Assembly (NCBI GenBank): GCA_001179505.1
Contig: CDMY01000279.1
Span: 1 to 64,000, forward strand
Source: Vitrella brassicaformis CCMP3155
Lineage: Eukaryota > Protista > Chromerida
DNA length: 64,000 bases
Direction: 5' to 3'
How positions within the stretch are numbered: the first letter of the stretch is position 1; each line of letters opens with the position of its first letter. Both the position numbers and the translations under genes were made by a program. The notes beneath the pieces are model-generated. The model was given only the letters and a program-made list of their open reading frames with translations. It made no database searches and was not told the DNA's origin. Positions 1 to 9,538 of this stretch are shown here, in pieces.

Positions 1-339
1 CCGAGATGCAGCAGACAGGAGGATATGCAATGCGCTGCGAACGACGGCCACATACAAGCAGGCACACAGCGTCGCACACACGCCACCCCAGCAGCAGCTT
101 GAAGGCGGCGTGCGTGCGTGCGTCAGGCACCATGACTCCATACGTAGATACCGCCCATCCCCAGGTGGCCAGCCAGTGCAGATCGCCCAGTCACACACAA
201 ACACGCCCTTATAACAACCACGCACGGAGTGCTGGGGGTGCATGAGAGCGCACCGCCGCCCTCTCCAGGGCGGAGAGGGGCGGCAGGTGGCCGACCCGCA
301 GACACCCCCAGTGCACGCCCATACACATATCACCGCCGG

Positions 340-525
340 GATAAGTAGGAGCGCGGCAAGACACACACACAGACCACGCCCACATCCACACGCACACCCC
401 TACACACGCGCACACCACCCAGACACACACACACACACACACGCAGGAATACCAATACCTCACCCGCATACCCACGCCCATAGCCACACTCACACGCAGA
501 CACACACGCACACGCATAGGCATAT
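340..525 (+). repeat. CA-rich microsatellite tract at the 3' side of the retroelement
   Basis: Runs such as acacacacacacacacacgc and cacacgcagacacacacgcacacgc directly follow the element stop codon on the minus strand. Confidence 0.7.
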
Positions 526-553
526 GGAAGGCACAGTGTGGGAAGGAAAAGAC

Positions 554-2856
554 CTAATGGGGTGAATAGGGGCCCCTCCCCCAGACCTCGTCTCTGGGGA
601 AGGGGCGGATGAATGGTGCGGCGGCCTCACTCTTGCCGCGCACCGTAAGAGCACACTCCCGCCTGACTGCACACGACAAGAGAACCCACCATCGGGCCAC
701 GACACGGCCCGTCGAGAAATCCCTGTCATCCCTGTAGTGAGCTTCCTTCACTGCCTTGCCTAGCTTGTGCAAAAAGGTCTCCATAGTCGAAGACCACCGT
801 CCATACGACTCGAAGGCCAGAGGCAGAAACGTGTACCCTCCCCGTGCACATGCGACGGCGTATTGGTCCCTCTTGCGCTTCTCGGCCACGCGAAGGGCCG
901 AGCCGGGCCGCTGGTTGGTGAGGTTCCTGGGGTCGCCTGGGCGGTCGGCGTGGGTGGGGTGAGTGCCAGTGACGTCAGCCATGAGCTTCGAGCCGTCATG
1001 CTGAGTGAGCACCAGGTCCATCCGCTGTTTGTCGGTCGTTTGCGGGAGTGGGCACTGGTGGTCACGCAGAAGCTGCTCGGTCTTCACGCTGGGGCATCGG
1101 GCCTCCTTGCAGATGCGATAGACGGTCGCTTGGACGGTGTTGTGTCGGCTGGTGAGGTAGCCGCGATTGGGGCACTTGAGCATGTGGTCGCCGAGGGGGT
1201 CGCAGGGCTTCGTGCACGCCCCACACGTCGTCGGTCCCTTCACCAGGCCGAGCTGGAACTGCACGTTCCACACGAAGGCGTCGGGGGAGATGGTCGTCTC
1301 AGGGCGGGACGGGATAGCTTGCAGCCAGCCCGACGCCCCGGGCCCCTTGCAGCTCTGCAGCCGGGCGCCGTCGGTCGTCGGATGGCCGGCGGCATCACGC
1401 ATGGCGTCCAGGGCTGCCTGCAGGGAGGCGGACTCCTGCTGGTGGATGCGCTGGGTCAGCTTGGACTGCAGGCCGCCGACGGGGCGAAGCATGAGGCTGC
1501 GGACGTCAGGCAGGGGTCGGATTGGGGGGATGGGGGGTAGTGGGTGAGGAGGTGGTCATACGCGGCCTGGATCGCTTGCACCCACGGCTGCGCCTCGAGT
1601 CCGGCGCGTCCATGCACCGGCATGGTGCGCCGCGGAAGCACCGCCCGGAGCACATCGGCCAACACCACCGCCCCTGCGCCGAAGTACGCTGCTGGTGCGA
1701 TGCGGTGGGCATCGGTGAGGCCGAACCCCCCCTCAGTCAGCGGCAGCTTGAGCTGACGGACGGTCTTGGTCTGGATGTCGCCGAGGGAGAAGAGGGTGCA
1801 GGCGGCCTGAATGAGGGCGCGGGAGTGCTTGCCAGCCGCCTCAGCGAGGGGGCGGGTGAAGGGGAGGGAGGTGCGGAGGTGGTAGTGGAACTTCGGCGCG
1901 GCGCAGAAGCGGAGGAGCTTCTCGGCGCTCTGCGGGTCTTCCAGCTGAGGCAGATTGTCGATAAGGTGCTGGGTCTTCTTGAGCACCTTGGCGAAGTGCC
2001 GTTCCATAAACTCCGACGTGCCGAACGGGCAGCCCAGCACCAGCAGCCCCTCGTCGCGCACGCACACACCGCTGGGCATGTTTGCCGGCCGGTCCATGCC
2101 CTTGGTGAAGTGCTCGCCCCACACCTCGCACTTCTCCCGCACGAGGTTCTGCCGCACGATCGCCAGCTCGTTCTCGGCCACGTCGAAGTCGTGCGCCACC
2201 TTGTCCTGCGTCGTGCCGATGTAGATGTTGTCCGCGAAGGCGACCACCAGCCGGTCAGGCAGCGCCGTCCTGATCTTCTCCAGCACCCCATGCAGCCCAC
2301 ACGCATACCACGCCGGCCCCCCACAGTCGCCCTGTTGCACTCGTTCCTGGCTCGACACTTTGCATGTGTAGCCCCTCTCGTGGTGAAACCACAGCTCTGC
2401 TGGCTCGCCGTACCACTGCAGGAAGTACTGCGTCAGGACGGGGAAGAGGCGATCGACACCCTCGAGGATGGCCTGGCGGCTCATCGTGTTCAAGGCGTTC
2501 TTGGCATTCAGGCTGAGGAGGACGCGTCGCTCGTCGGGCTCGCCGGCCGACAGGAACGTGCGAACAGCCGCGATGAGTTTCTCGGAGCCGGACGCCACCC
2601 CCACTGCGTACTGGCAAGGGGCCAGCGCGGCTTCCAGCTTCGGGGATTTCTGCTGCACTATCGCCCGCGTGACCCAGCGACGGATCGTCTCGCCCATCGC
2701 AATCGGCCGGACGCCTCCTGTCGCGACCCCGTCGTCGTCGGTCTTCTCGAACGCACTCAAGCGGGCCGCCGAGAGGAAGGGGCGGAGGGAGGGGGGCACG
2801 CGAGAGTGGACGAGGAGCCAGACGAAGTTGGGGAGGGGCACCTTGCAACCTTGCAT
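554..2856 (-). pseudogene. Inactivated RT-RLE reading frame of the retroelement
   Basis: -1 frameshift in the C-run near 1514 separates the RT ORF (1456-2856) from the RLE ORF (554-1492). Catalytic Asp residues are replaced by Asn: LSLNAKNA (the copy right of the gap reads LSLDAKNA) and FADN in place of a YADD-type motif. Confidence 0.85.
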
Positions 2857-4107
2857 CGCCAGTTGTGGATGGCGCGGAGGTGCTTATAGCGCCACCCGGT
2901 CCCGCCCTGCGCCGAGCCCTTGGGCGCGTGCCCCCAAGAGGTGCTCATCGTCGGGCTCGAAGACGGTGCGGGGTGCGTTGTTCGGCGGCAGGGTGGGGGA
3001 CGGGTCGAGTGGGAAGGAGGCCGCCGGGTGGAGAGCGTGCAGCTTCGCAAGGGTGTCGTCGTTGTTGGGCAGCACCTTGCCCGATGTGAGCGCGTTGGCG
3101 GCCCGACGAAGCTCGGCGCACTTGATCAGCCGACGAGCGCGGCTNNNNNNNNNNNNNNNNNNNNNNNNNNNNNNNNNNNNNNNNNNNNNNNNNNNNNNNN
3201 NNNNNNNNNNNNNNNNNNNNNNNNNNNNNNNNNNNNNNNNNNNNNNNNNNNNNNNNNNNNNNNNNNNNNNNNNNNNNNNNNNNNNNNNNNNNNNNNNNNN
3301 NNNNNNNNNNNNNNNNNNNNNNNNNNNNNNNNNNNNNNNNNNNNNNNNNNNNNNNNNNNNNNNNNNNNNNNNNNNNNNNNNNNNNNNNNNNNNNNNNNNN
3401 NNNNNNNNNNNNNNNNNNNNNNNNNNNNNNNNNNNNNNNNNNNNGTAGCACAACTTGGCGTTCTTGGCATCCAGGCTGAGGAGGACGCGTCGCTCGTCGG
3501 GCTCGCCGGCCGACAGGAACGTGCGAACAGCCGCGATGAGTTTCTCGGAGCCGGACGCCACCCCCACTGCGTACTGGCAAGGGGCCAGCGCGGCTTCCAG
3601 CTTCGGGGATTTCTGCTGCACTATCGCCCGCGTGACCCAGCGACGGATCGTCTCGCCCATCGCAATCGGCCGGACGCCTCCTGTCGCGACCCCGTCGTCG
3701 TCGGTCTTCTCGAACGCACTCAAGCGGGCCGCCGAGAGGAAGGGGCGGAGGGAGGGGGGCACGCGAGAGTGGACGAGGAGCCGGACGAAGTTGGGGAGGG
3801 GCACCTTGCATCGCCAGTTGTGGATGGCGCGGAGGTGCTCATAGCGCCACCCGGTCCCGCCCTGCGCCGAGCCCTTGGGCGCGGTCTTGAGTGCCCCCAA
3901 GAGGTGCTCATCGTCGGGCTCGAAGACGGTGCGGGGTGCGTTGTTCGGCGGCAGGGTGGGGGACGGGTCGAGTGGGAAGGAGGCCGCCGGGTGGAGAGCG
4001 CGCAGCTTCGCAAGGGTGTCGTCGTTGTTGGGCAGCACCTTGCCCGATGTGAGCGCGTTGGCGGCCCGACGAAGCTCGGCGCACTTGATCAGCCGACGAG
4101 CGCGGCT
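2494..4107. repeat. About 650-bp direct duplication (2494-3144 vs 3457-4107) flanking the first N gap
   Basis: Same sequence at offset 963. The left copy has an 8-bp duplication (accttgca), an 8-bp deletion (ggtcttga) and several substitutions. Confidence 0.9.
3145..3444. other. Assembly gap (300 N)
   Basis: Run of N. Confidence 1.
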
Positions 4108-4959
4108 GGCGCTTGTGGCGGGGGTCGTGTTGCTGCGTCGCCTCGCCCATGCGAGTGCCTCGTCCCGCAGCGCCCTCCAGTCGCCCTCGTCGAAGAGGCG
4201 GATGCGGGCCCGCCAGATGCTGGGGTCGCTGCGCTTCGTGGGGAAGAGGAGCAGCGTCGGGAGCAGGAGCACAAGACGGCACGCGGCCTCTTGGAGCTGC
4301 GGGTCCGCGTGATTGACCATGAGGTCGGCTTTGGTGGCGCGGAGGGCGAAGTCGTCCTGGAGTGGCCAGCGGGTGACCGTCGGGATGTTGGCCGTCATGA
4401 TGCTGTGCATGTCCCATGTAAGGAGGTCACGGAGGGCGTCTTCGGGGAAGGGTGCTGGCGGCTGGTTCGAGGGCGGCGGGGCCTGAGGCTGAGCAGGGCC
4501 TCGTCCGGCTGGCGGGGGCGGAGGGGGGTTGCCGTGAGGGCCCGGGCCGCCGGAGCCTCTGTTGCGGGGCGCGGAAGACGGCGCAGGTGCCGATGCGTTG
4601 TTCCGTGATCCCCCCGACCCGCTGGGCGCTTGGACGGGCGCCAGGGGTGTTGGAGGTTGGTCTCCCGCGGCAGATGGCTGTGGGCGAGGCTCCTCCGAGT
4701 ATGCGCGGGGCGAGGCCGGGCCGGAAGCGAGGCGGTTGACCACGTCGCGGCGCTGGCCGTCTGGGAGGACGTCGAGATCCTCTAGGAAGGAGGCTCGCTG
4801 GCGCAGGGCGTAGCGGCCGGCGCGGGCACGCCGCGCAGCAGCTCGGTCTTCCCGCCAAGCGCGGGTCAGCTCCCGCAGGCGATGGCGGGGGTTTTGGCGG
4901 CCGCGATCTGCCCGCTGCGAGCTTTGCGATGGAGGCCACTGAAGCGGAATGGCGTTGCT

Positions 4960-5195
4960 GGAGGTGAGGAGGGGTCAGAAATGGGAACCAAAGCAGCCGT
5001 CGAGCCATACGTGTGTGGGATCTTCCAAAATATGCGGCGTCTGTTTATGTCCTGTCAGGCACAGCTGCGATGAAGGTATGAGTCCCGGCTGAGAGAAGAA
5101 GATCAGCAAGGGCCCTATCATCGGTACACAGCATGAAAACTGCTCACCTGCTGCTGCTCGTCGAGCTCTGTGTCCCTCCCTCAGACAGCTGACAA
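4960..5195 (+). promoter_or_regulatory. Conserved about 240-bp upstream module, copy 1 (precedes F-box-like gene 1)
   Basis: ggaggtgaggaggggtcagaaatggga...gccatacgtgtgtgggatcttccaaaatatg...cacagcatgaaa...gacaaATG; near-identical at 7019-7257 and 9293-9538. Regulatory function is inferred. Confidence 0.6.
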
Positions 5196-6674
5196 ATGAT
5201 GATTTGTCTGCTGCGGTGGTGGACGTCTCGCTTCTCTTATCGGCGAGTGGCCGACCACCGTCAGCTGCTGTCGACATCCACTGAGGAGGATGATTCCACC
5301 ACTCAGCTATCGGTCGTCATCGGTGGTGCTGGCGCTGACCAAGGGCTTCCTGCTGACGTCTTCGCCCGTGTGGTCATCCCTTTACTGCCTGTCGACGATG
5401 CTGTGAGGCTCCGGGCGGTCGGCAAGGCCTACGGCGCTCAGATGATCGATGAGGCGTTCCTTCTGCGTCGCATCAGCAGCTGCCTGGCCCAGCAGCAGCT
5501 CACCGGCCTCATCGATGTGGAGAGGGACCGCGGCGTCGACCCCTCGGCCCCTTCCCTCCCACCATCCCTCTCGCGATTTGGGTATCTCGCTCGGTGTGCC
5601 TACGTCATCGAGCGGGCGGCTGAGTGGCGCTATATGGCCACATTTATCAGGGTGGCAAGTGCCTGTGGTGTGGCTGGCCATCTGCCCCTCGTGCTGTCGG
5701 CTGAGAGTGTGGCGGCTCATATTCCCGACAAGGAAACTTTCCATCGGCTGCCTGCTGCCATGGCCGTCTACAAGACACTTGGAGATCTGCTCGGCAGTGG
5801 CGCTGACAACGGCAGTCAACAGCTTCAGCTGACCGACGGCGGCAGAGGGGAGATCGATGTCTTTGTCGTGCCCACTAACATGCTGCTTCGAGTCGTGCAC
5901 TTGGCTTCCTACTTTATCTATCTGCTGGCGCTCGGTTGGGCTGTCGTGCACGGGGTGCAATTCTTGGCGTACGTCCTCACAGGTGTCCTTGATCACCTGG
6001 AGAAGCTGGACATTACATTTCGTGTCGTCTGCCAAACCGGTATAGTGATCCTCTCTATATTCCTGGGCGGGCTTATCGGCGTGTTGATCCGGAGAGTGAC
6101 AAAAGCAATTTGGGTGTGGGTCCATGCGAGGAAGAGGCTGGTCCAGCACTATGACGTCGGTGAGAGGACGCTTCGCATCATCGGCCGAGATGAGATGTTC
6201 TGCTTTTGCCCCTTCCTATGGCGATGCTCTTCGACACACGGCGACCCGCCCATCCAAGCCTGGGTGCACATCTTCCCCACATTCAGCTCCTTTGCACTGC
6301 ACACGCTGCTCGGTGCGCCATCCTCCAGCCTGAGGTTTGTGCTCAAGGCCACGGTGAGCGGAAGGCATGCCGGCTATCGTCGTCTCCGTACTGACAACTT
6401 GAGCATCGGCCGAAGGGATGTCGTCGTTATCGACTGGCGGTGGGACTTCAAGTTCTGGGAAGCAATCCGTATGGTGGTGCTGTTGGTCGGTGGCGGCTCT
6501 GTGGCGGCATCCGTGCTCCTCAGTGATGGCGGGCGCATAATGGTCGGAACCACTGAGGTGGCAGTGGCGGATGGATCTGTCGACGAGGAGTTCCCTGCCA
6601 CCACAGCTGCCGTGCGAGAGCTGCTGCGGCCATATGGTCTGGGAGATTTGACGTTCCGCCCGTGGTACTGGTGA
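5196..6674 (+). CDS. Intronless F-box-like protein with internal two-TM insert, copy 1 (492 aa)
   Basis: LPADVFARVVIPLLPVDDAVRLRAVGKAY matches the F-box consensus pattern; two hydrophobic helices (about 5880-6125) followed by RKR; C-terminal FPATTAAVRELL motif shared with paralogs. Confidence 0.8.
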   Translation: MMICLLRWWTSRFSYRRVADHRQLLSTSTEEDDSTTQLSVVIGGAGADQGLPADVFARVVIPLLPVDDAVRLRAVGKAYGAQMIDEAFLLRRISSCLAQQQLTGLIDVERDRGVDPSAPSLPPSLSRFGYLARCAYVIERAAEWRYMATFIRVASACGVAGHLPLVLSAESVAAHIPDKETFHRLPAAMAVYKTLGDLLGSGADNGSQQLQLTDGGRGEIDVFVVPTNMLLRVVHLASYFIYLLALGWAVVHGVQFLAYVLTGVLDHLEKLDITFRVVCQTGIVILSIFLGGLIGVLIRRVTKAIWVWVHARKRLVQHYDVGERTLRIIGRDEMFCFCPFLWRCSSTHGDPPIQAWVHIFPTFSSFALHTLLGAPSSSLRFVLKATVSGRHAGYRRLRTDNLSIGRRDVVVIDWRWDFKFWEAIRMVVLLVGGGSVAASVLLSDGGRIMVGTTEVAVADGSVDEEFPATTAAVRELLRPYGLGDLTFRPWYW

Positions 6675-7018
6675 CTGACCTCGCTTGCTTTGCCTTATTG
6701 CGACTGCTCTAGCGAACCAAGGTCTGACTCGGTGTGTCAGCGAGACGACATGTGATGGGTGGAAGGATGAAGGACGGTAGCAAGCACAATTCGACGACGT
6801 GTATCGTCATTGATGGAACACACATGGGGTCATTCCGACAGGCACTCACACACTCACATGCGGACAGACATGAAGTGAAAAAATCAAAGTCATCACCCCC
6901 TAACTCTCCACGACATCTCCTGGACTACATCCATCTCTCCGGAGGTGCGGAGTAGCTTGGCGTTCATGGATGCGAGCTCATTTCGCGATCGGTGGAAAAA
7001 TGCACGAACGGCGTTCGC

Positions 7019-7257
7019 GGAGGTGAGGAGGGGTCGGAAATGGGAAGCGAAGCAGCCATCGAGCCATACGTGTGTGGGATCTTCCAAAATATGCGGCGTC
7101 TGTTAATGCCCTGTCAGGCACAGCTGCGATGGAGGTCGTATGAGTCCCGGCTGAGAGAAGGAGATCAACAAGAGCCCTATCATCGGTACACAGCATGAAA
7201 GTTTCTCACCTGCTGCTGCTCGTCGAGCTCTGTGTCCCTCCCTCAGACAGCTGACAA
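7019..7257 (+). promoter_or_regulatory. Conserved upstream module, copy 2
   Basis: Near-identical to 4960-5195 and 9293-9538. Confidence 0.6.
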
Positions 7258-8715
7258 ATGATGATTTGGCTGCTGCGGTGGTGGACGTCTCGCTTCTCTT
7301 ATCGGCGAGTGGCCGACCACCGTCAGCTCCTTTCGACATCCACTGAGGAGGATGACTCCACCGCTCAGCTATCGGTCGTCATCGGTGGCGCTGGCGCTGA
7401 CCAAGGGCTTCCTGCTGACGTCTTCGCCCGTGTGGTCATCCCTCTGCTGCCTGTCGACGATGCCGTGAGGCTCCGGGGGGTCGGCAAGGCCTACGGCGCT
7501 CAGCTGATCGATGAGGCGTTCCTTCTCGGTCGCATCAACAGCTGCCTGGCCCAGCAGCAGCTCACCGGCCTCATCAATGTGGAGAGGGACCGCGGCGCCG
7601 ACACCTCGGCCCCTCCCCTCCCAGCACCCCTCTTGCGATTGGGGTACCTCGCTCGCTGTGCCTACGTCATCGAGCGGGCGGCTGAGTGGCGCTATATGGC
7701 CAGATTTATCAGGGTGGCAAGTGCCTGCGGTGCGGCTGGCCAGCTGCCCCTGGTGCTGTCGGGTGAGAGTGTGGCGGCTCATATTCCCCACAAGGCGACT
7801 TTCCATCGGCTGCCTGCTACCATGGCCGTCTACCAAATATTTGGCGGTCTTCTTGGCAGTGGCGCTCAGCTGACCGAGGGCCGCAGAGGTAAGACCTCTG
7901 TCGCTGTCATTTCGCTCCATCCGCTGGTAACTGCAGCCGTTTACCTTTTCTTTCTGCTGTGGTTCGCTTGGGTCCTTGTGGTGAGCACGTTGGGTACCTA
8001 CCAGGACGTCCGCAATGGCCCTCTCTCGGACCGACCCGTGCTGTGCTGGATTGCTGCCTTGGCGGCTAGCCTTTGGATTAGCGCGACCGTTCTTGCTGGG
8101 GCCCTCATGGTAGGATGGCAACTTCCATCCCTGCTCCACCAAAGGAAGCGGAAGGTGCAGTGGTATCGATTCGGCGAGAGGCGGTTCCGCCTTATCGATG
8201 GAGACGAGCTGTGGCGGCTGCATCCATTCATGCGTCGGACATGTCGACATACTGACCCGCCCGTCAGCTGCAGCACGCCACCCCTCCGAGTCTACCGTTC
8301 ATTCAGCGCGTTTGCCCTCGACACGCTGCTGGAGCGGCTCGCTTATCCTTGGGCCCCGGGCCTCATGAGTGTCATTCTCGATGTGACAGTGGGGCGGCGC
8401 GGTGGCTATCGTGTCCTGCTGCGGGATGCCTTCAGCGGCGAATCTGACCCGTTCGTCGTCGATTCCCGAGTGGACTCCCCGACAGCGTTTCTCCCTCTGT
8501 ACGTTCCGATGCGGGTTGTGGTGCTGTTACTGGGTGGCGGCTCTGTTGTGGCGTCAGTTTCTCTCGATGAAGGGCGAATTGTGGTCAGGACGACCGAGGC
8601 GGCGGTCAGCCATGGGGTGCCGATTGATGGGCGGTTTCCTGTCACCGTGGCTGCCGTGCGGCAGCTGCTGAGGCGCTTTGGACTGGAAAATGAGACGGTC
8701 GGCCCGCTGCCGTGA
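7258..8715 (+). CDS. Intronless F-box-like protein with two-TM insert, copy 2 (485 aa)
   Basis: Paralog of 5196-6674; TM1 LVTAAVYLFFLLWFAWVLVV, TM2 VLCWIAALAASLWISATVLAGALMVGW, then HQRKRK. Confidence 0.8.
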   Translation: MMIWLLRWWTSRFSYRRVADHRQLLSTSTEEDDSTAQLSVVIGGAGADQGLPADVFARVVIPLLPVDDAVRLRGVGKAYGAQLIDEAFLLGRINSCLAQQQLTGLINVERDRGADTSAPPLPAPLLRLGYLARCAYVIERAAEWRYMARFIRVASACGAAGQLPLVLSGESVAAHIPHKATFHRLPATMAVYQIFGGLLGSGAQLTEGRRGKTSVAVISLHPLVTAAVYLFFLLWFAWVLVVSTLGTYQDVRNGPLSDRPVLCWIAALAASLWISATVLAGALMVGWQLPSLLHQRKRKVQWYRFGERRFRLIDGDELWRLHPFMRRTCRHTDPPVSCSTPPLRVYRSFSAFALDTLLERLAYPWAPGLMSVILDVTVGRRGGYRVLLRDAFSGESDPFVVDSRVDSPTAFLPLYVPMRVVVLLLGGGSVVASVSLDEGRIVVRTTEAAVSHGVPIDGRFPVTVAAVRQLLRRFGLENETVGPLP

Positions 8716-9292
8716 CTGGTTTTGACGTGGGGATGTGCATCGATCTGTGTGCCTGTTTGGTTCTCGAGTCTTTTACCTGTCTCGCTGACTAAACTGAAGA
8801 CATCGTCAGTTTGTTTGAATGTAGCGAATGGAACACGGCAGCGGCAGCTGAGCTCGTTGTGGCTCGACTGATTTTGGTTTTCCAGTGAGAGAATCTCCAC
8901 ACAGGGGCTTGAAGACCAGCCCGCCACTCGCAGGCGCACCGTTGTCGGCGTCACCCATGACGGATGAATCAATGACACACAAGCAAACAGCTCAGAGCAA
9001 ACAACTCAAAAGGTCCGGAAGGAGAAAACAGGAAGCAGCAATTCAACTTGACTCACAGCCCCACTGCTGTAGGGTTTCGCTGACGCACGGACGCAGAGAG
9101 ATGGAAAAGATCTTTGCAAAGACCGCGAGCGCAAGCTTGCAGAGGATGAGCGATGCTCCTCTGTTTTTTGGAGACAGACAACCTCTGCTCAGATGAAGCA
9201 GCACTCACGCAGCACTCGGGCATTGGCCGGCAGATGACGTTGCTGGGAGTGTGCGGCTGCTGCAGATCAATTCGAGCCGAATGGCAAATGCT

Positions 9293-9538
9293 GGAGGTGA
9301 GGAGGGGTCAGAAATGGGAAGCGAAGCAGCCATCAAGCCATACGTGTGTGGGATCTTCCAAAATATGTGGCTTCTGTTTATGTCCTGTCAGGCACAGCTG
9401 CGATGGAGGTCGTATGAGTCCCGGCTGAGAGAAGGAGATCACCAAGAGCCCTATCATCGGTACACAGCATGAAAACTGCTCACATTCTTTTGCTGCTCGT
9501 CGAGGTCTCTGTGTCCCTCCCTCACAGGCGGCTGGCAA
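9293..9538 (+). promoter_or_regulatory. Conserved upstream module, copy 3
   Basis: Near-identical to copies 1 and 2. Confidence 0.6.

Larger units (their letters stand above)
554..4950 (-). mobile_element. CRE/SLACS-clade-like non-LTR retrotransposon (RT + CCHC + restriction-like endonuclease), 5'-truncated and degenerate
   Basis: RT motifs (VRPIAMGETIRR, LSL(D/N)AKNA, VQQGD, AFADN, LVLGCPFG, GGFGL), CCHC knuckle CGACTKPCDPLGDHMLKC, RLE signature RHNTVQ...RMDLVL...LMADVTGTH...AEKRKRDQY...FLPLAFESYGRW. The frame stays open upstream of 4743 to a TGA near 4975 with no ATG. The 5' junction is approximate (about 4.90-4.95 kb) and the 3' end downstream of 554 is undefined. Confidence 0.9.

Noticed and set aside
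2494-4107. Apparent internal duplication of the RT region
   Set aside because: Straddles a 300-N gap; best explained by scaffolding of two element copies or haplotypes, not a real double-RT element.
1522-4608. Long plus-strand ORFs (1522-2889, 2920-4608, 767-1540) antisense to the retroelement
   Set aside because: Shadow ORFs from GC-rich codon bias; no motifs.
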